Positions 22,101 to 29,945 of a DNA stretch of 64,000 nucleotides are shown here, piece by piece; positions within the stretch are counted from its first letter, which is position 1; each line of letters starts with the position of its first letter. The DNA is taken from positions 1-64,000 of the IMG/VR virus record IMGVR_UViG_3300012665_000356; one strand, 5' to 3'. Source of the DNA: a virus. The notes under the pieces were generated by a model. That model was not told where the DNA came from and ran no database searches. It saw only the letters and a list, made by a program, of their open reading frames with translations. A program made the translations under genes and the position numbers.

Positions 22101-24986
22101 GTTATTGTTTCCTATGAAAAGAATGATCAAATATTAGATGCCCTTAACAGAGTAGACAAATATTACAAACCTAAACAAGGCATGCTTGGATTTGAAAAAT
22201 CTGAAGTACTTGATGAAAATTATAACGTTACAGAAATTAAAAATGATTATTCTCAATTAATGACTGGTATTGATTACGGCGGAGTCATTGTTCAGGGAGC
22301 AACATTTGATGTTGGTGCTGGATGGGATGCCCTACCTTGGTTTACAGAAGGTTGGGATAGTTCTGAAACATTAGATTCTGATTTTTATATTGCTGCCGAC
22401 GGAAGTACACATTCGTTTACTCTGCCAGAAATACCTAAAGATGGTGTTGAGTTAAACATCTATCAACGTAAAAAATCAACAGGAAAAACTACAAGATTAG
22501 ATCCTGATCAAATGCCTACTTTTATTGGCGATGGGTCAACATCAGTTGTAACAATACCTGATGAAATATTAGTTCAAGACAACGATGTGTTTATTTTCCG
22601 CAAAACAACCAGCGATGGTAGTTTAACAATTGGCGGCCGTAACTTATTAGATGCTAATATCTCAGGCGGAAGTTTATCTGGAATGACAGCGTATTCTACT
22701 GCGTTAGGCACAACAGCAGCAGAAATTGTTATCGATGGAGATAGATTTATCAGCCCTGATCAGGTACCTGCTCCTGAAGAAAATGTTCCTGGACAAGTTT
22801 TAGAATCGGTGAGTATTAAAGTATTCCACACTGATAGAGAAGGGTCGCCTGCGGTATTGTCGCGTGTTTATGTTGCCAATGGTGTTACCTCGTTGTACGA
22901 TATAGGTCAGTCAGTATTTGAACAAGCTTCTGTATCAGTATACGTTGATAAAACATTAAAGACATTAGGCACTGATTTTATTGTAGAAACATCTACAAAT
23001 CAAATAAGATTTATTGGTTCAGCACCTATCGCAAATTCTATTATTGAAATCTTTTCAATATCTGTAGGTGGTGTTGAAATATTAGATGTTAAAGAATTTG
23101 TAGGCGATGGCGAAACTAGATACTTTTTAACTGGTGCTGCTTTTGCTGAAACACAATCTATTTTTGCTAGCATTGACGGTATTTCAGTTGTTGCTGGATG
23201 GGTAAACAGTAATGGTAGAGTAAATTCTGTTAATCAAACACTAATAGAATTTGGAGCGCCACCTGCGCTAAACAGAAAAATTGTTGTTATAGTGCTATCG
23301 GCAGTTAGTCGATCACTGGTTAGATTTAATCAACAGTCGTTTGAAATAACCTCGTCGGTTCGCACATACCCAATAAATTCTTTTGTAACATTTGAACAAT
23401 CTGCTACTAGTGGAGCAATTGTTGAACTAAATGGAAATACATTAACGTCAGTTGACACAGTATATGTTGTATACTCTGGAAACCCAACAATATCAATTGG
23501 CTTAGATCCATTTAGAGACTTTGGATCTATTATTGGATCTGAGATTAAAGTTTATATTAATGGTTCTCTAAAAACATTTGGACTCGACTACGAATTCAAC
23601 GGAGACACTAACACTGTAATTATTGATACTGAAGTTACACAAATAACTCACGGCGATATAGTTGTTATTGAAGATTATTCTTCAGTGAACTTTAAAATTG
23701 AAAATAATAATATTATAATTGATCCGGCTGTTACATTAACCAACGGCGATAATTTAGTAATATTTTGGGCTGATCAATATCCGCAAACAGAGTTATTAAA
23801 AGATATCCATACAGGCGGTAAAGTAAATTATCCTATTCAAAGACCGGTGTTGTCAATATCTTATGTTAGAGTTTATAAAAATGGAATTCGTTTAACACCT
23901 GATATCGATTACTATGTTTCAAACAATAACACCGCAATTTATATAAAGCAAGAAACATTAGAAACAGACATTATTGAAGTATTAAGTTACTCTAACTCAA
24001 TTTATAATCCGCCTGTGTCTTGGGAGATTTTTAAAGATGTTTTAAATCAACATCATTTTAATAGATATTCTATTAAAGAAATGATGTTGACAACTGATCT
24101 TAATTATTTTGATAACACAGTAATGTTAAATGATGCCAGTACATTACCAATACCTACAGTTGATAGACCTGGTATAATTTCTATTAATGGTGAAAAAATA
24201 CAATATTTTTCTAAAGACGGTAATACGTTAACAAACATTAAACGAGGAATGTATGGAACCAGCATTCCAACAATACATATTATTGGATCAGTAATAGTTG
24301 ATTCTAGCTACACTGAATATTTGCCATACAAAGAATCTCAAGAAAAAGAAGATTTTATCAGCAGCGGAACACCTGATGATTCCACAATTGGTTCTGCTCA
24401 AACAGTAGGCCCGTTGACATATGTGCCCTTAAAATCATCTAGAGTTTGGGAAAAAATAACTAAAGTTATTTCTGGATTAAAAGATCAAGACACAATAACA
24501 GTAACGTCTAATACTAGCCTAGCTGTTGGTCAATATGTTAAAGGAACAGGAATCTCGGCAGATACTAGAATTACTGCTATTTCTGGAACAACAATTACAC
24601 TGAGCAATAACAATACTGCGTCAGTAAGCGGTTCTGGAATATTTTATACTATTCCTGAAGATCACGGCCCTTGCGACGAAATTGAAGTTTTTGTAGGCGG
24701 TCGTCGATTACGCAAAGATCCTATGTATGTTTACAACAGCAGTGTGGGTTCAGATAGCCCACAAGGTGACATTCTTATAGAAGCAGAATTTAGCGTAGAT
24801 GGTACTACAGAGTACGTGAGATTAACCACAGTACCAGCAGCTGGACAAAGAGTTACAATAATTAAAAGAACAGGCAATACCTGGTATAATCTAGGTGCTG
24901 AGAGCGTTACAAACGGGTTAGGAATGAGCCAAAGTACCACACCAATTGTTAAGTTCCTACAACAAGCAACAACAAAATTGCCATAA
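10110..24986 (+). CDS. Giant (4958 aa) modular baseplate/virion protein (gp7 position) with FG-GAP-like and CBM5/12-like repeats
   Basis: Uninterrupted 14.9-kb ORF after gp6; N-terminal DLLPEVF; FG-GAP-like blades (GEQFGSSVAI, GDRFGSSI, EDFGRSI); W/Y-x4-Y-x2-GD-x-V repeats. Confidence 0.75.
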   Translation: MDKKVFKKSGLPVRKTVDLLPEVFKSPANDKFLSATLDALVQPGSLERLTGYIGRTYGKTYNTNDVYLDVEKSLRYAYQLEPGVAVTENNRTSKFYDYIDFKNQQKFFGNKSERDDLITGQEHYTWAPPIDWDKFVNYRDYYWLPSGPDSVSIAGQGQEVVSSYRVRSDGENEWLFIPDGLTRNPPLTLYRGQTYEFNVNAPGDPFYIRTSNVLGTQSNYTRGVTNSGADVGKIKFTVPNDAPDLLYYQSGSNLNRIGSFRISNITDNTFLDVDTDILGKTNYKSTNGIEFTNGLKIEFLGKTTPAEYGSGSWIVEGVGTSIRLVKFSDLELPPISNPDQAVVFDDGGFDDLPFDDATSYPSTKDYITINRASKDLNPWSRYNRWFHRSTIEYAAALNDAAPRLSESTRAKRPILEFNSGLQLFNHGIVAKNSIDLIDDFTKDVFSTIEGTAGYNIDNVDLFHGARVLFTADQDPLVKNKIYVVNFITVQSSSNVTTRKQISLVEADDVNSQSGECLIVRQGKNNAGLMYHYDGSAWAKSQLKTKVNQPPLFDVFDSEGISVSDSGKYGTSNFIGTSIVRYKVGTGTIDSELGFAISYLNINNSGDILFEVTWETDTFTSQIGTVTTTNQLASNYYKINENLLDYQYGNGWIDFDTTYYQGIIQIQEITTQTNSVEFNACFWSQATREEIYFYLNGKLIKDSWTSELTLSRTFTFNRTFNPGDVLTIKVYTDAEPDEGFYEFPIGIERNPLNQDITEFSLGQANDHLSSMVDFSKDFVGEFPGASNLRDISGYQKFGKRFMKHSGVPSIALPLLSDKTFNIVKSLRFASAEYEKFKSNLLSKAIELPFDNQDTVKLVDDILAKITEVKGKESPFVDSDMIGSGAYKSIDYVVEDEGITTFALSTKFDLTTKSSKAVYVYINGTQQLHAVDYVFDSTFGFVKILKQLNENDIIQIREYFSTAFSYIPETPTKLGLYKKYTPRTYVDDTYITPTKVIQGHDGSITVAFDDFRDDVLLEFEKRVYNNIKQEYNPRIFDIDRNFGGYYGNSVFDKSTVDSIVIADFLRWSTTVTNDLYTNLYFNDDNPFTYTYSRASDLNKTRQMPGHWRGIYSYLYDTTRPHICPWEMLGFSEKPTWWEEEYGPAPYSSGNLLLWEDLRDGLIRQGPNQGINPRYARPDLLSILPVNEKGNLKDPIQTGCIVDYTISKDPSPFLFGDMAPVEYAWRKSSSYPFAIMVASSLLRSMEFISNNFDRSVIDQNILDQIVSVNTQQFINVNDIKNSINNSPIGLFSYIINYVRSNLVNTTSLYDFFDNFDIKLSSRIGGFVDKNQQKYLLDSKSPQSKTSGVFVPAEDYEIFFNVSSPSSVVTYSGVVIEKISTGYKLIGYDRLDASFQYYTYFSKFDDPVISVGGVSESYLDWLPEKFYAKGTIIKYNGKFFRTVQTHTSSATFDLKEFIEIQTLPLVGAVTAVRRTVFDKQQVLSLPYGSVFESIQSVVDFLLGYQEYLKDQGLVFDDFNNELLVSNDWETSAKEFMFWTTHNWTPGAIISLSPAALKIKITSVGSVADNLLDNFYDYSIYGNDGRKLGSDAVDVYRTYNELLIAPSDTTVGIYFAKINFVLKEHVVVFNDRTIFNDVIYDKGPGYRQERMKVLGFRTADWDGDYTSPGFIFDVANIKPWEKFTDYRLGDIVQYKQFNYVSKFFQKGIEEFDRNGWEKLDSTPETGLLSNFDYKINQIEDFFEVDYQGINGEQKVMARHSIGYQTRSYLQDIAEDEVSQFKLYQGFIREKGTINAITKVFDKVSKIESDAVDLKEEWAFLLGSVGGVNQYTEIEVSLKQNSLKLNPQPILLDDRRVSKSEYQNYILLNSNDYKVGNQDFKFPTAQYSVGNWTAGYVFEDDVDYVVQNITDIYQQDITTYKNGQTIWITFTDTGWNVLRYRISNILVLAVAVVDPTTVVLETNRVHGLTAGTIIGLTNIKNLTGFYLIKAVGPTKIIVTIAGYKEEPEIDQSSFCNVSYFIPARIPNSNPLISDEYSALPLGTKLWMDADADNNWNVIERKKQYSVTEISEYGVSFPTGTGSAVEYLETRNQTIVSNPGRTVDVGDASREAAVIVYAQGIDGLVPLQILNPQSGLEDTFLGAYGDVLKTSKDGRWLIVASPNVSNVPSNYRETYSQTANYNEGDTVLYAGKLWTAIRPVYSDGSTAVFDSSDWTPATTHKANPLGKNIFDINQGYRRQGAIEIYEYDQGQYVFRDTLISPRPAYGEQFGSSVAIGKRQGIEGTSGDIVLTVNSIDTEGGISEVSVAGISGLADSVFTNISGIDVSTSGENATFDVSRFGGNYTVTVRSGGLRYVVGDRLKIIGSRIGGTTPFNDLLITVTAVSLTGEIIGSETYTNISGINSLIPTVAAVFTVSKVRNVYSVTATNFGLGYIPRSVVRFSSRIYACIKDTGIDRGVWEGDRTYYPGDIVKYPSTSSTYYKVLSTIPEVYDEGIGAAIKKVSGIEPTDLAYYELATTIFPTNTEYWEQVSGGIYPTVAIPWQEKNSRGTLNKYVAGSTIYISGDQVGGTTPDNDITIKINQVDEFQAILNFAIAGTASTGIIWDGEAAIGETTYNDLTGEDVSDPGSGAIFNIIRTSGNYTAVVNVKGTRYTVGDQIKILGTSLGGVKEAYYMIVGAPGSRDDQGRAYLYTYEGFTWKHLEDSSFLGVFDLTENYTAGATVWNDTSYWKAVVNHVADGSTVPAAPAWEQIVAINTGILPKSSAFVDDGSTMESGTFEEPVEFLNIGDRFGSSIDANQEGTVLVVSAPSADSSEFDSYKGIWKSYQNYYEGDTVKRNNSYYTCTVDTTNDIPEVTPLVWELETNVDISRTGSVFVYFKDENDVYHLIQTLDSNTVTELSNTETGDRFGHKILLTVDGLTLFVSAPNVDMSGADQGAVYVFRLNNNVFEFDQKIQSVVIDADEKFGSNISISPNNSTLAIGAEGGETFKSTTFDAGDTAFDRFVTTFKDPIGKTGKVYVYTQYLNKYILSEIFEDGLTNNEDFGRSISTSNNSIIIGSPAYLSDDPAFDQIRIGRIQKFTKQEGIDSWTAVRKQTAGVDISKIKNLSFYNGDTNIKIADVDVIDPFKEKILSIVDQDIDYKTSYDPSIYSVGADDSNTDEKQAWTENKVGTIWWNTSTAKWVSYEQGDTSFRLGNWSRLAFGSSIDVYEWVESTMLPSRWAALSGTSQGTADGISGTPLHANDQYYSKKEFVDSITGKINKTYYYYWVKNKTNLPINSNKTNPASSIANFIKSPLTSGIPFAALLDENKIALYNAPYVVESDRFLMNIQFFNNDKNQNLIHNEYQLLAEGTTDLPNSELEKKWIDSLVGEDILGNEVPDRKLTDKSRYGILSRPRQTMFVDRNKAVKISVDYINSVLSKYPLADTVNYSTLNAIDAAPAKVKNLYDASYPTYEEILLINTFKIKTAVLRANIINGHINTVDVIEPGYGYKVAPPIKILGTGTGAELLAVIDTFGKVTSVTVVKPGKKYSTAALQVRPFSVLVESDSTVDGFWSIWSFNDRSLEFYRSATQSYDTTKFWSKADWWETGFNEKSRIKYSLPGIYAEPEVELNVGELLRLEDYGAGGWAVLERVATNATLLDKYKLVGRELGTIKISDRFYNRNTDSYGYDLTQSFDSDKFDTSSALEFRNILKAVKEDIFVNDLNSEWNKLFFVNIHYVFSEQLYVNWAFKTSFMNAVHNVGYLAKKLNYKSDNLASFQEYINEVKPYRTKIRKYTSKYLNLENASLVTSDFDLPPTYNVDTNTIDPVTLGSALIDQYPWKNWFDNYKYSITDITIVNSGIDYTTAPQVIFEGGSGTGAKAKAFISNGKVTAIQLLSGGYGYTTRPIVKLVGGVGSNIQNAATAVAFIGDSKARTFDLLVKFDRYSKTGKFKSFSKNEKFIESETFASGRSSYDLKYPSTTDKSKISIVVGNDKLLGNEYTITLFTREIDGYTQLRGRLTLPAPASGVVIVSYEKNDQILDALNRVDKYYKPKQGMLGFEKSEVLDENYNVTEIKNDYSQLMTGIDYGGVIVQGATFDVGAGWDALPWFTEGWDSSETLDSDFYIAADGSTHSFTLPEIPKDGVELNIYQRKKSTGKTTRLDPDQMPTFIGDGSTSVVTIPDEILVQDNDVFIFRKTTSDGSLTIGGRNLLDANISGGSLSGMTAYSTALGTTAAEIVIDGDRFISPDQVPAPEENVPGQVLESVSIKVFHTDREGSPAVLSRVYVANGVTSLYDIGQSVFEQASVSVYVDKTLKTLGTDFIVETSTNQIRFIGSAPIANSIIEIFSISVGGVEILDVKEFVGDGETRYFLTGAAFAETQSIFASIDGISVVAGWVNSNGRVNSVNQTLIEFGAPPALNRKIVVIVLSAVSRSLVRFNQQSFEITSSVRTYPINSFVTFEQSATSGAIVELNGNTLTSVDTVYVVYSGNPTISIGLDPFRDFGSIIGSEIKVYINGSLKTFGLDYEFNGDTNTVIIDTEVTQITHGDIVVIEDYSSVNFKIENNNIIIDPAVTLTNGDNLVIFWADQYPQTELLKDIHTGGKVNYPIQRPVLSISYVRVYKNGIRLTPDIDYYVSNNNTAIYIKQETLETDIIEVLSYSNSIYNPPVSWEIFKDVLNQHHFNRYSIKEMMLTTDLNYFDNTVMLNDASTLPIPTVDRPGIISINGEKIQYFSKDGNTLTNIKRGMYGTSIPTIHIIGSVIVDSSYTEYLPYKESQEKEDFISSGTPDDSTIGSAQTVGPLTYVPLKSSRVWEKITKVISGLKDQDTITVTSNTSLAVGQYVKGTGISADTRITAISGTTITLSNNNTASVSGSGIFYTIPEDHGPCDEIEVFVGGRRLRKDPMYVYNSSVGSDSPQGDILIEAEFSVDGTTEYVRLTTVPAAGQRVTIIKRTGNTWYNLGAESVTNGLGMSQSTTPIVKFLQQATTKLP

Positions 24987-24992
24987 TAAATA
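24987..24992 (+). promoter_or_regulatory. Putative late promoter box TAAATA
   Basis: ATAATAAATAC immediately after the stop codon of the giant gene. Confidence 0.5.
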
Positions 24993-24998
24993 CATCAT

Positions 24999-25658
24999 AT
25001 GAGACAAGAAGAGCCCAACACTATGCCAGAAAATAACAAAGTAAATTTACAGTCACCGCAGAAGCCCAACGAAACTTCTGGGTTTCACATTGAAGGTCAT
25101 ATTAAGATTTTTGATCCAGAAACCAAAGAAGTGTTTATTGACAAACGCAATGCTATTCACTATGAAAATATGAGTATAGCAATGGCGCAAAGTTTAAGCA
25201 ATCAGGGTAGCGGATGGATATCAGAAATGGTATTTGGCAACGGAGGCACAGTAGTAGATCCTACAGGACTTATTACATATCTAACACCGAATACAAATGG
25301 TATAAATTCTAGTTTATATAATCAAACCTATACTAAAGTAGTTGATCAAAACTCAGCTACTAATACTGATACTATTAGAAATAAAATGGAAGTTCGACAT
25401 ATAACAGGGGCAACATATTCGGATATTGTGGTATCTTGTTTACTTGATTATGGTGAGCCAAGCGGCCAAGAAGCATTTGACAATTCTGTAGATATGAACG
25501 GAGATTATGTATTTGACGAGTTAGGTCTTAAATCTGCGGTCACAGATAAGTTGTTAACACATGTGGTGTTTCATCCAGTACAAAAATCTTTGAATAGATT
25601 AATACAGATTGATTACACTATTAGAATACAAAGCCTAACAGGCTTTACTGAGGTATAA
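24999..25658 (+). CDS. Baseplate/tail-fibre attachment structural protein (start may be ATG 25023)
   Basis: GHIKIFD...KRNAIH...FGNGG...FDELGL...HVVFHPVQKSLNR..IDYTIRI; lies between the giant protein and the fibres. Confidence 0.55.
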   Translation: MRQEEPNTMPENNKVNLQSPQKPNETSGFHIEGHIKIFDPETKEVFIDKRNAIHYENMSIAMAQSLSNQGSGWISEMVFGNGGTVVDPTGLITYLTPNTNGINSSLYNQTYTKVVDQNSATNTDTIRNKMEVRHITGATYSDIVVSCLLDYGEPSGQEAFDNSVDMNGDYVFDELGLKSAVTDKLLTHVVFHPVQKSLNRLIQIDYTIRIQSLTGFTEV

Positions 25659-25660
25659 AA

Positions 25661-27847
25661 ATGCCATATCAAGTATTTTTTACAGACCAAACTTTAAATC
25701 CAGAGCCATTAGAAGTACAAGATAATACTTCTAACGTAGACACATCAATTACAATACCTGGCAGAAATGTCACAGGGTACGGTAAAATAATTGCTGAAAA
25801 TTTTGTGCGTTTATTAGAAAATTTTGCCAGTGATGTTGCTCCGCCAAGTTCAAAAGCAGTCATTGGGCAGCTTTGGTATAATTCTAATGAAAATAGTTTA
25901 AAAATCTTTGACGGCATTGATTGGAAACCAACTAGCGGTATTTCTACTTCACCAACCGAACCACAAGCAGCCAACATTGGTGACCTGTGGGTAAACAACA
26001 GTACTCAACAATTATACCTTTGGTCTGGTTCTACATGGGTATTAGTTGGCCCTCAATTTAGTGAAGGCACTAAATCCGGTCCATTAGTTGAAAGTCTTTT
26101 AGACATTGATAACAGAACAAGAACTGTTATTATTTTTTATACAAGAGATATTCCAGTTGTTATCATTAGTAAAGATACATTTATTCCTAAGGTTGTTATC
26201 CAAGGATTTACAAGTGTTCAAACTGGAATTAACATTACAACTAGAACAGACATTTCAGAAGACTCGGTTATTCCAAAATTAATTGGTCGAGCTACTTCTG
26301 CTGATGCGTTAGCAATTGGAACAGCAGAAATTCCTTCGACGTCATTTATACGACGTGACCAGATTGAAACAATCTCAGCACAATTTAACGTTAGAGATGA
26401 CTCTGGGTTGTTTATAGGAACAAACGGAAATTTTAACTTAGCAGTAAAATCAGCTAACGCAGTTTTATACAATTCAACGCCAGGCGGCTCTATTGATATT
26501 CAATCAAGTAGAACAGGCAGTTTTGGTGTTCCAACAACAGTTATTCGTGTTATAGAAGATAAAATTGGGGTTAACAATTCAACACCAACTGCTACACTTG
26601 ATATTATTGGAACTGTTAAAATTGCTGGTACTGCGTCTATCATCGACGAGTCCAACTCTACAAATTTACTAAATGGTAGTTTTGTAACTCAAGGCGGTAT
26701 GGCTGTTAGTAGAAATCTTAATGTTGGCGGCGACCTAAGTGTATTAAGTGGAAGTCTGTTTACTAAGTCTATTAAACCTTTAACAGCTTCAGAAACTATC
26801 GGTGAATTAGGCAATCGATACAAAGTGATATATGCTGACCAGTTGGTTGCTAACACCTTTACTGGTACATTGACTGGTAATATTTCAGGAACTGCTAATT
26901 CGGCTACATCACTAACAAACTCGACTAACTTTAAATTAGAAGGTGACGTTTCTAGTAACGTAGTATCATTTAACGGTACTGGTAATCTTAACAAAACATT
27001 TACTACAACATTAACATCAGATATTATTTCTAATAAAGCATCACTTGGTGTTATTCAGCCTAATGATGAACTATTAGTATATAGAAATAACACAGGTTTG
27101 AGAAAAGTAACACGGCAGACATTTTTAGATGATGCTGCGGTTCCGATTGGATCAATATTTCCTTATGCTGGAACAACTGCTCCTACAGGTTATTTGTTGT
27201 GTGATGGTGGTGAATTTGAATTATATCGTTATAGAGAGCTTGGAGGAGTGTTAGGAACCACATACAATGGAAGTACTCCGTTGTTAGGGTCTCCAAAAGG
27301 AGCAACTTTTAGGGTGCCTGATTTACGAGGAAGATTTGTATTAGGCAAACAAAATATGGATAATGAAACTACAATTCCGTTTCCAGGCGGCTCATCAGCC
27401 CCAGATGCTGGCGGCGGATTAGTAGTACCACCAAGAGTTGCTGACGGACAGGCAGCTATATTAGGTGGCACTGGCGGTGACGATCAATATGTAATTGAGC
27501 AGTATAACATTCCTGACCATGACCATGATCTAGTAGGTAGAAGGGCAGATAACACACCAAGTGGTTCACAATTCTACGTAATAAACGACATGTCGTCTGC
27601 GCAGCCTACAGATAGTTCGCCATTTACATTAATTGGTGGTTCTGGTCGATTAAATGAAAGAACAAAAGCAGGTACGGTTATTGGTGGCGCACAAAAAATG
27701 TCATCAAGTGGCCTAGTAAGAATCAATATTGAAGATAAACGAACACCTGGAAATTCTGATTCGTTGATTGGAAGACCGTTTAACGTAATGAATCCGTTCA
27801 TAACGATGAATTATATTATACGTAGTGGAAAACCAAGTAACGATTAA
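25661..27847 (+). CDS. Tail fibre protein 1 with tail-collar domain
   Basis: Shared N-terminal module (GYG..AENF..LLENF...GQLWY); collar motif PIGSIFPYAGTTAPTGYLLCDG...FRVPDLRGRF; C-terminal NPFITMNYII. Confidence 0.85.
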   Translation: MPYQVFFTDQTLNPEPLEVQDNTSNVDTSITIPGRNVTGYGKIIAENFVRLLENFASDVAPPSSKAVIGQLWYNSNENSLKIFDGIDWKPTSGISTSPTEPQAANIGDLWVNNSTQQLYLWSGSTWVLVGPQFSEGTKSGPLVESLLDIDNRTRTVIIFYTRDIPVVIISKDTFIPKVVIQGFTSVQTGINITTRTDISEDSVIPKLIGRATSADALAIGTAEIPSTSFIRRDQIETISAQFNVRDDSGLFIGTNGNFNLAVKSANAVLYNSTPGGSIDIQSSRTGSFGVPTTVIRVIEDKIGVNNSTPTATLDIIGTVKIAGTASIIDESNSTNLLNGSFVTQGGMAVSRNLNVGGDLSVLSGSLFTKSIKPLTASETIGELGNRYKVIYADQLVANTFTGTLTGNISGTANSATSLTNSTNFKLEGDVSSNVVSFNGTGNLNKTFTTTLTSDIISNKASLGVIQPNDELLVYRNNTGLRKVTRQTFLDDAAVPIGSIFPYAGTTAPTGYLLCDGGEFELYRYRELGGVLGTTYNGSTPLLGSPKGATFRVPDLRGRFVLGKQNMDNETTIPFPGGSSAPDAGGGLVVPPRVADGQAAILGGTGGDDQYVIEQYNIPDHDHDLVGRRADNTPSGSQFYVINDMSSAQPTDSSPFTLIGGSGRLNERTKAGTVIGGAQKMSSSGLVRINIEDKRTPGNSDSLIGRPFNVMNPFITMNYIIRSGKPSND

Positions 27848-27858
27848 CGGAGCGATTA

Positions 27859-29919
27859 ATGGCATATACAATAAACAAAACTGACGGCACTACAATAGCA
27901 ACGGTCGTTGACGGGCAAATAAATCAATCAGCAACAAGTATTACACTGATTGGAAAAAACTTTAGCGGATTTGGTGAATACCTAAACGAAAATCTTGTTA
28001 AAATTTTAGAAAATTTTGCCAGCACAGGAGTTGAGCCAACACCAGCATTGACAGGTCAGCTTTGGTATGACCTAGAAGAAAATCGAGTAAAAGTTTATTC
28101 TGGAACTGAGTGGAAAGCAGTTGGAACATCAGCATTAGCATCGACAAGACCTTTAGATATCAGCACTGGAGATTTTTGGTTTAATACTACTGATAATCAG
28201 TTATATTTTTATGACGGATCAAGAGACTATTTGATTGGACCAGACTATTCAGTATCTCAAGGGCAATCGGGACTCAAAGTAGAAACCATAGAAGATTCAT
28301 CTCGAAGAAACAGAACAGTGGTAACACTGTATATAGGAAATGCGATTGGCGGATTTTTTAGTGCTGTAGAATTTACTCCAAGATTTCCAATACCAAATTA
28401 TGCTGCCAATATTATAAGAATTGGTTTTAATCCGCTTAATGATGCTTTCAAATTTGTAGGTACTTCTAATAACTCAGATAAACTAGGTAATGTTGAAGCT
28501 ATTTTTTATGCTAGAAAAAATCAAGCCAACATTTTTACTGAACAGCTGACAATATCAAATGATCAAGGTATACGTTGGGGAACAGGACCTCAAGGTCAAG
28601 CAGGCGTTGAAAGCGGCGGCGATGTATATTTTAGAAACTCGTCTAACAATTACAAAATGGCGTTTAAGGTAACAAAAAATAATAATTCCTTAACCGCAAT
28701 GACTATTGAGCCTAGCAGTACAGGTGACGATGTAATTAATATTTTCCAATCAAACGCCAACAGTCGAGTTAATGTAGGCGGCGATATGATCATTGCCGGA
28801 GACCTAACAGTTGAAGGCGCAACAATTACAATTCAGTCAGAAACTCTTACACTAAAAGACAAAAATATTGAACTGGCAGTTCCTAGTTCAGGATCTCCAT
28901 CAGATACTGGCGCAGACGGCGGTGGCTTAATTTTAAGAGGCAATACTAATCATTCGATACTATGGGATAATGCTACAAACACTTGGGTGTCTACAGAATC
29001 GATTGATATACCTAGTTTAGGATCTTATAAAATAGACGGAGTTCCGGTATTAGAAGATACTGGATCAGGTATACAATTATCAGTTGCTGTTACATCTGCC
29101 CCAGGTGTAACAAGTTTTGGTGTATTGAATAATTTAACAATTGATAATATTGTATTGAATGACAATGTTATTTCTAACAACGGCAGCACACTGCCTTATA
29201 CAGATGGCGGAAATTCGGGTGGTGTAAATGCTACGGATTTACACATAGAGCCTCGAGGTGATTTATATCTTGATGGTTCTACAAGCCCAAAAATTATTGG
29301 TATACAAACTACCAACGAAAATAGTGTTATCCAAACAGTCGAAGCACAAGGAGTGTTAACTGCGACTGAGTTGTCAGAAGCCACAAGTAAAAAATATGTT
29401 ACAAACTTAGTTAGGTCTAGAAGCATTGCGTTGACAATGGATGTTACTGGAAGAGGCCTTATTGGGTATGATTCTGACGAACCTGTTGGCCTTACTGATT
29501 CGGACGTTGAAGCTGAATTAACTTCAATTGCTCCAGTTAATGAATACGAAGTAGGCACTATCGCAAGAATAGCAACTTGGAGATATTTCTTAGAAAATAT
29601 TCCAGCTGTGTCTACAGTTGGCGTTCAGTGGACTGGCGGAAATATGATAGCTACAGAAACATTATATGATGTGACTGGAGCATTAACTCCGTCGGGAACT
29701 CCGGGCACTTACAACGCAATTAAAGAAGTATCAGTCGATTCACAAATACCAACACAAAAACCTCCAAGATTTTATGTTGTTAGAGGATTAATTACTTGTA
29801 TTTTAACACAAACAGGACCTACAACAATTGAGTGGGTATTAGACACAAGAACAGAAGACGACGACGTACCAGGTGCTAGTGGAGCTGGAATAAGCAGCTT
29901 TATTAGACCACTATGGTAA
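27859..29919 (+). CDS. Tail fibre protein 2
   Basis: Same N-terminal module (LIGKNFSGFGEYLNENLVKILENF...GQLWYD); Gly/Thr/Ser-rich body. Confidence 0.75.
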   Translation: MAYTINKTDGTTIATVVDGQINQSATSITLIGKNFSGFGEYLNENLVKILENFASTGVEPTPALTGQLWYDLEENRVKVYSGTEWKAVGTSALASTRPLDISTGDFWFNTTDNQLYFYDGSRDYLIGPDYSVSQGQSGLKVETIEDSSRRNRTVVTLYIGNAIGGFFSAVEFTPRFPIPNYAANIIRIGFNPLNDAFKFVGTSNNSDKLGNVEAIFYARKNQANIFTEQLTISNDQGIRWGTGPQGQAGVESGGDVYFRNSSNNYKMAFKVTKNNNSLTAMTIEPSSTGDDVINIFQSNANSRVNVGGDMIIAGDLTVEGATITIQSETLTLKDKNIELAVPSSGSPSDTGADGGGLILRGNTNHSILWDNATNTWVSTESIDIPSLGSYKIDGVPVLEDTGSGIQLSVAVTSAPGVTSFGVLNNLTIDNIVLNDNVISNNGSTLPYTDGGNSGGVNATDLHIEPRGDLYLDGSTSPKIIGIQTTNENSVIQTVEAQGVLTATELSEATSKKYVTNLVRSRSIALTMDVTGRGLIGYDSDEPVGLTDSDVEAELTSIAPVNEYEVGTIARIATWRYFLENIPAVSTVGVQWTGGNMIATETLYDVTGALTPSGTPGTYNAIKEVSVDSQIPTQKPPRFYVVRGLITCILTQTGPTTIEWVLDTRTEDDDVPGASGAGISSFIRPLW

Positions 29920-29921
29920 AT

Positions 29922-29927
29922 TAAATA
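29922..29927 (+). promoter_or_regulatory. Putative late promoter box TAAATA
   Basis: TTAAATAAAC in the gap before fibre 3. Confidence 0.5.
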
Positions 29928-29945
29928 AACTGACGGAAGAAGCAG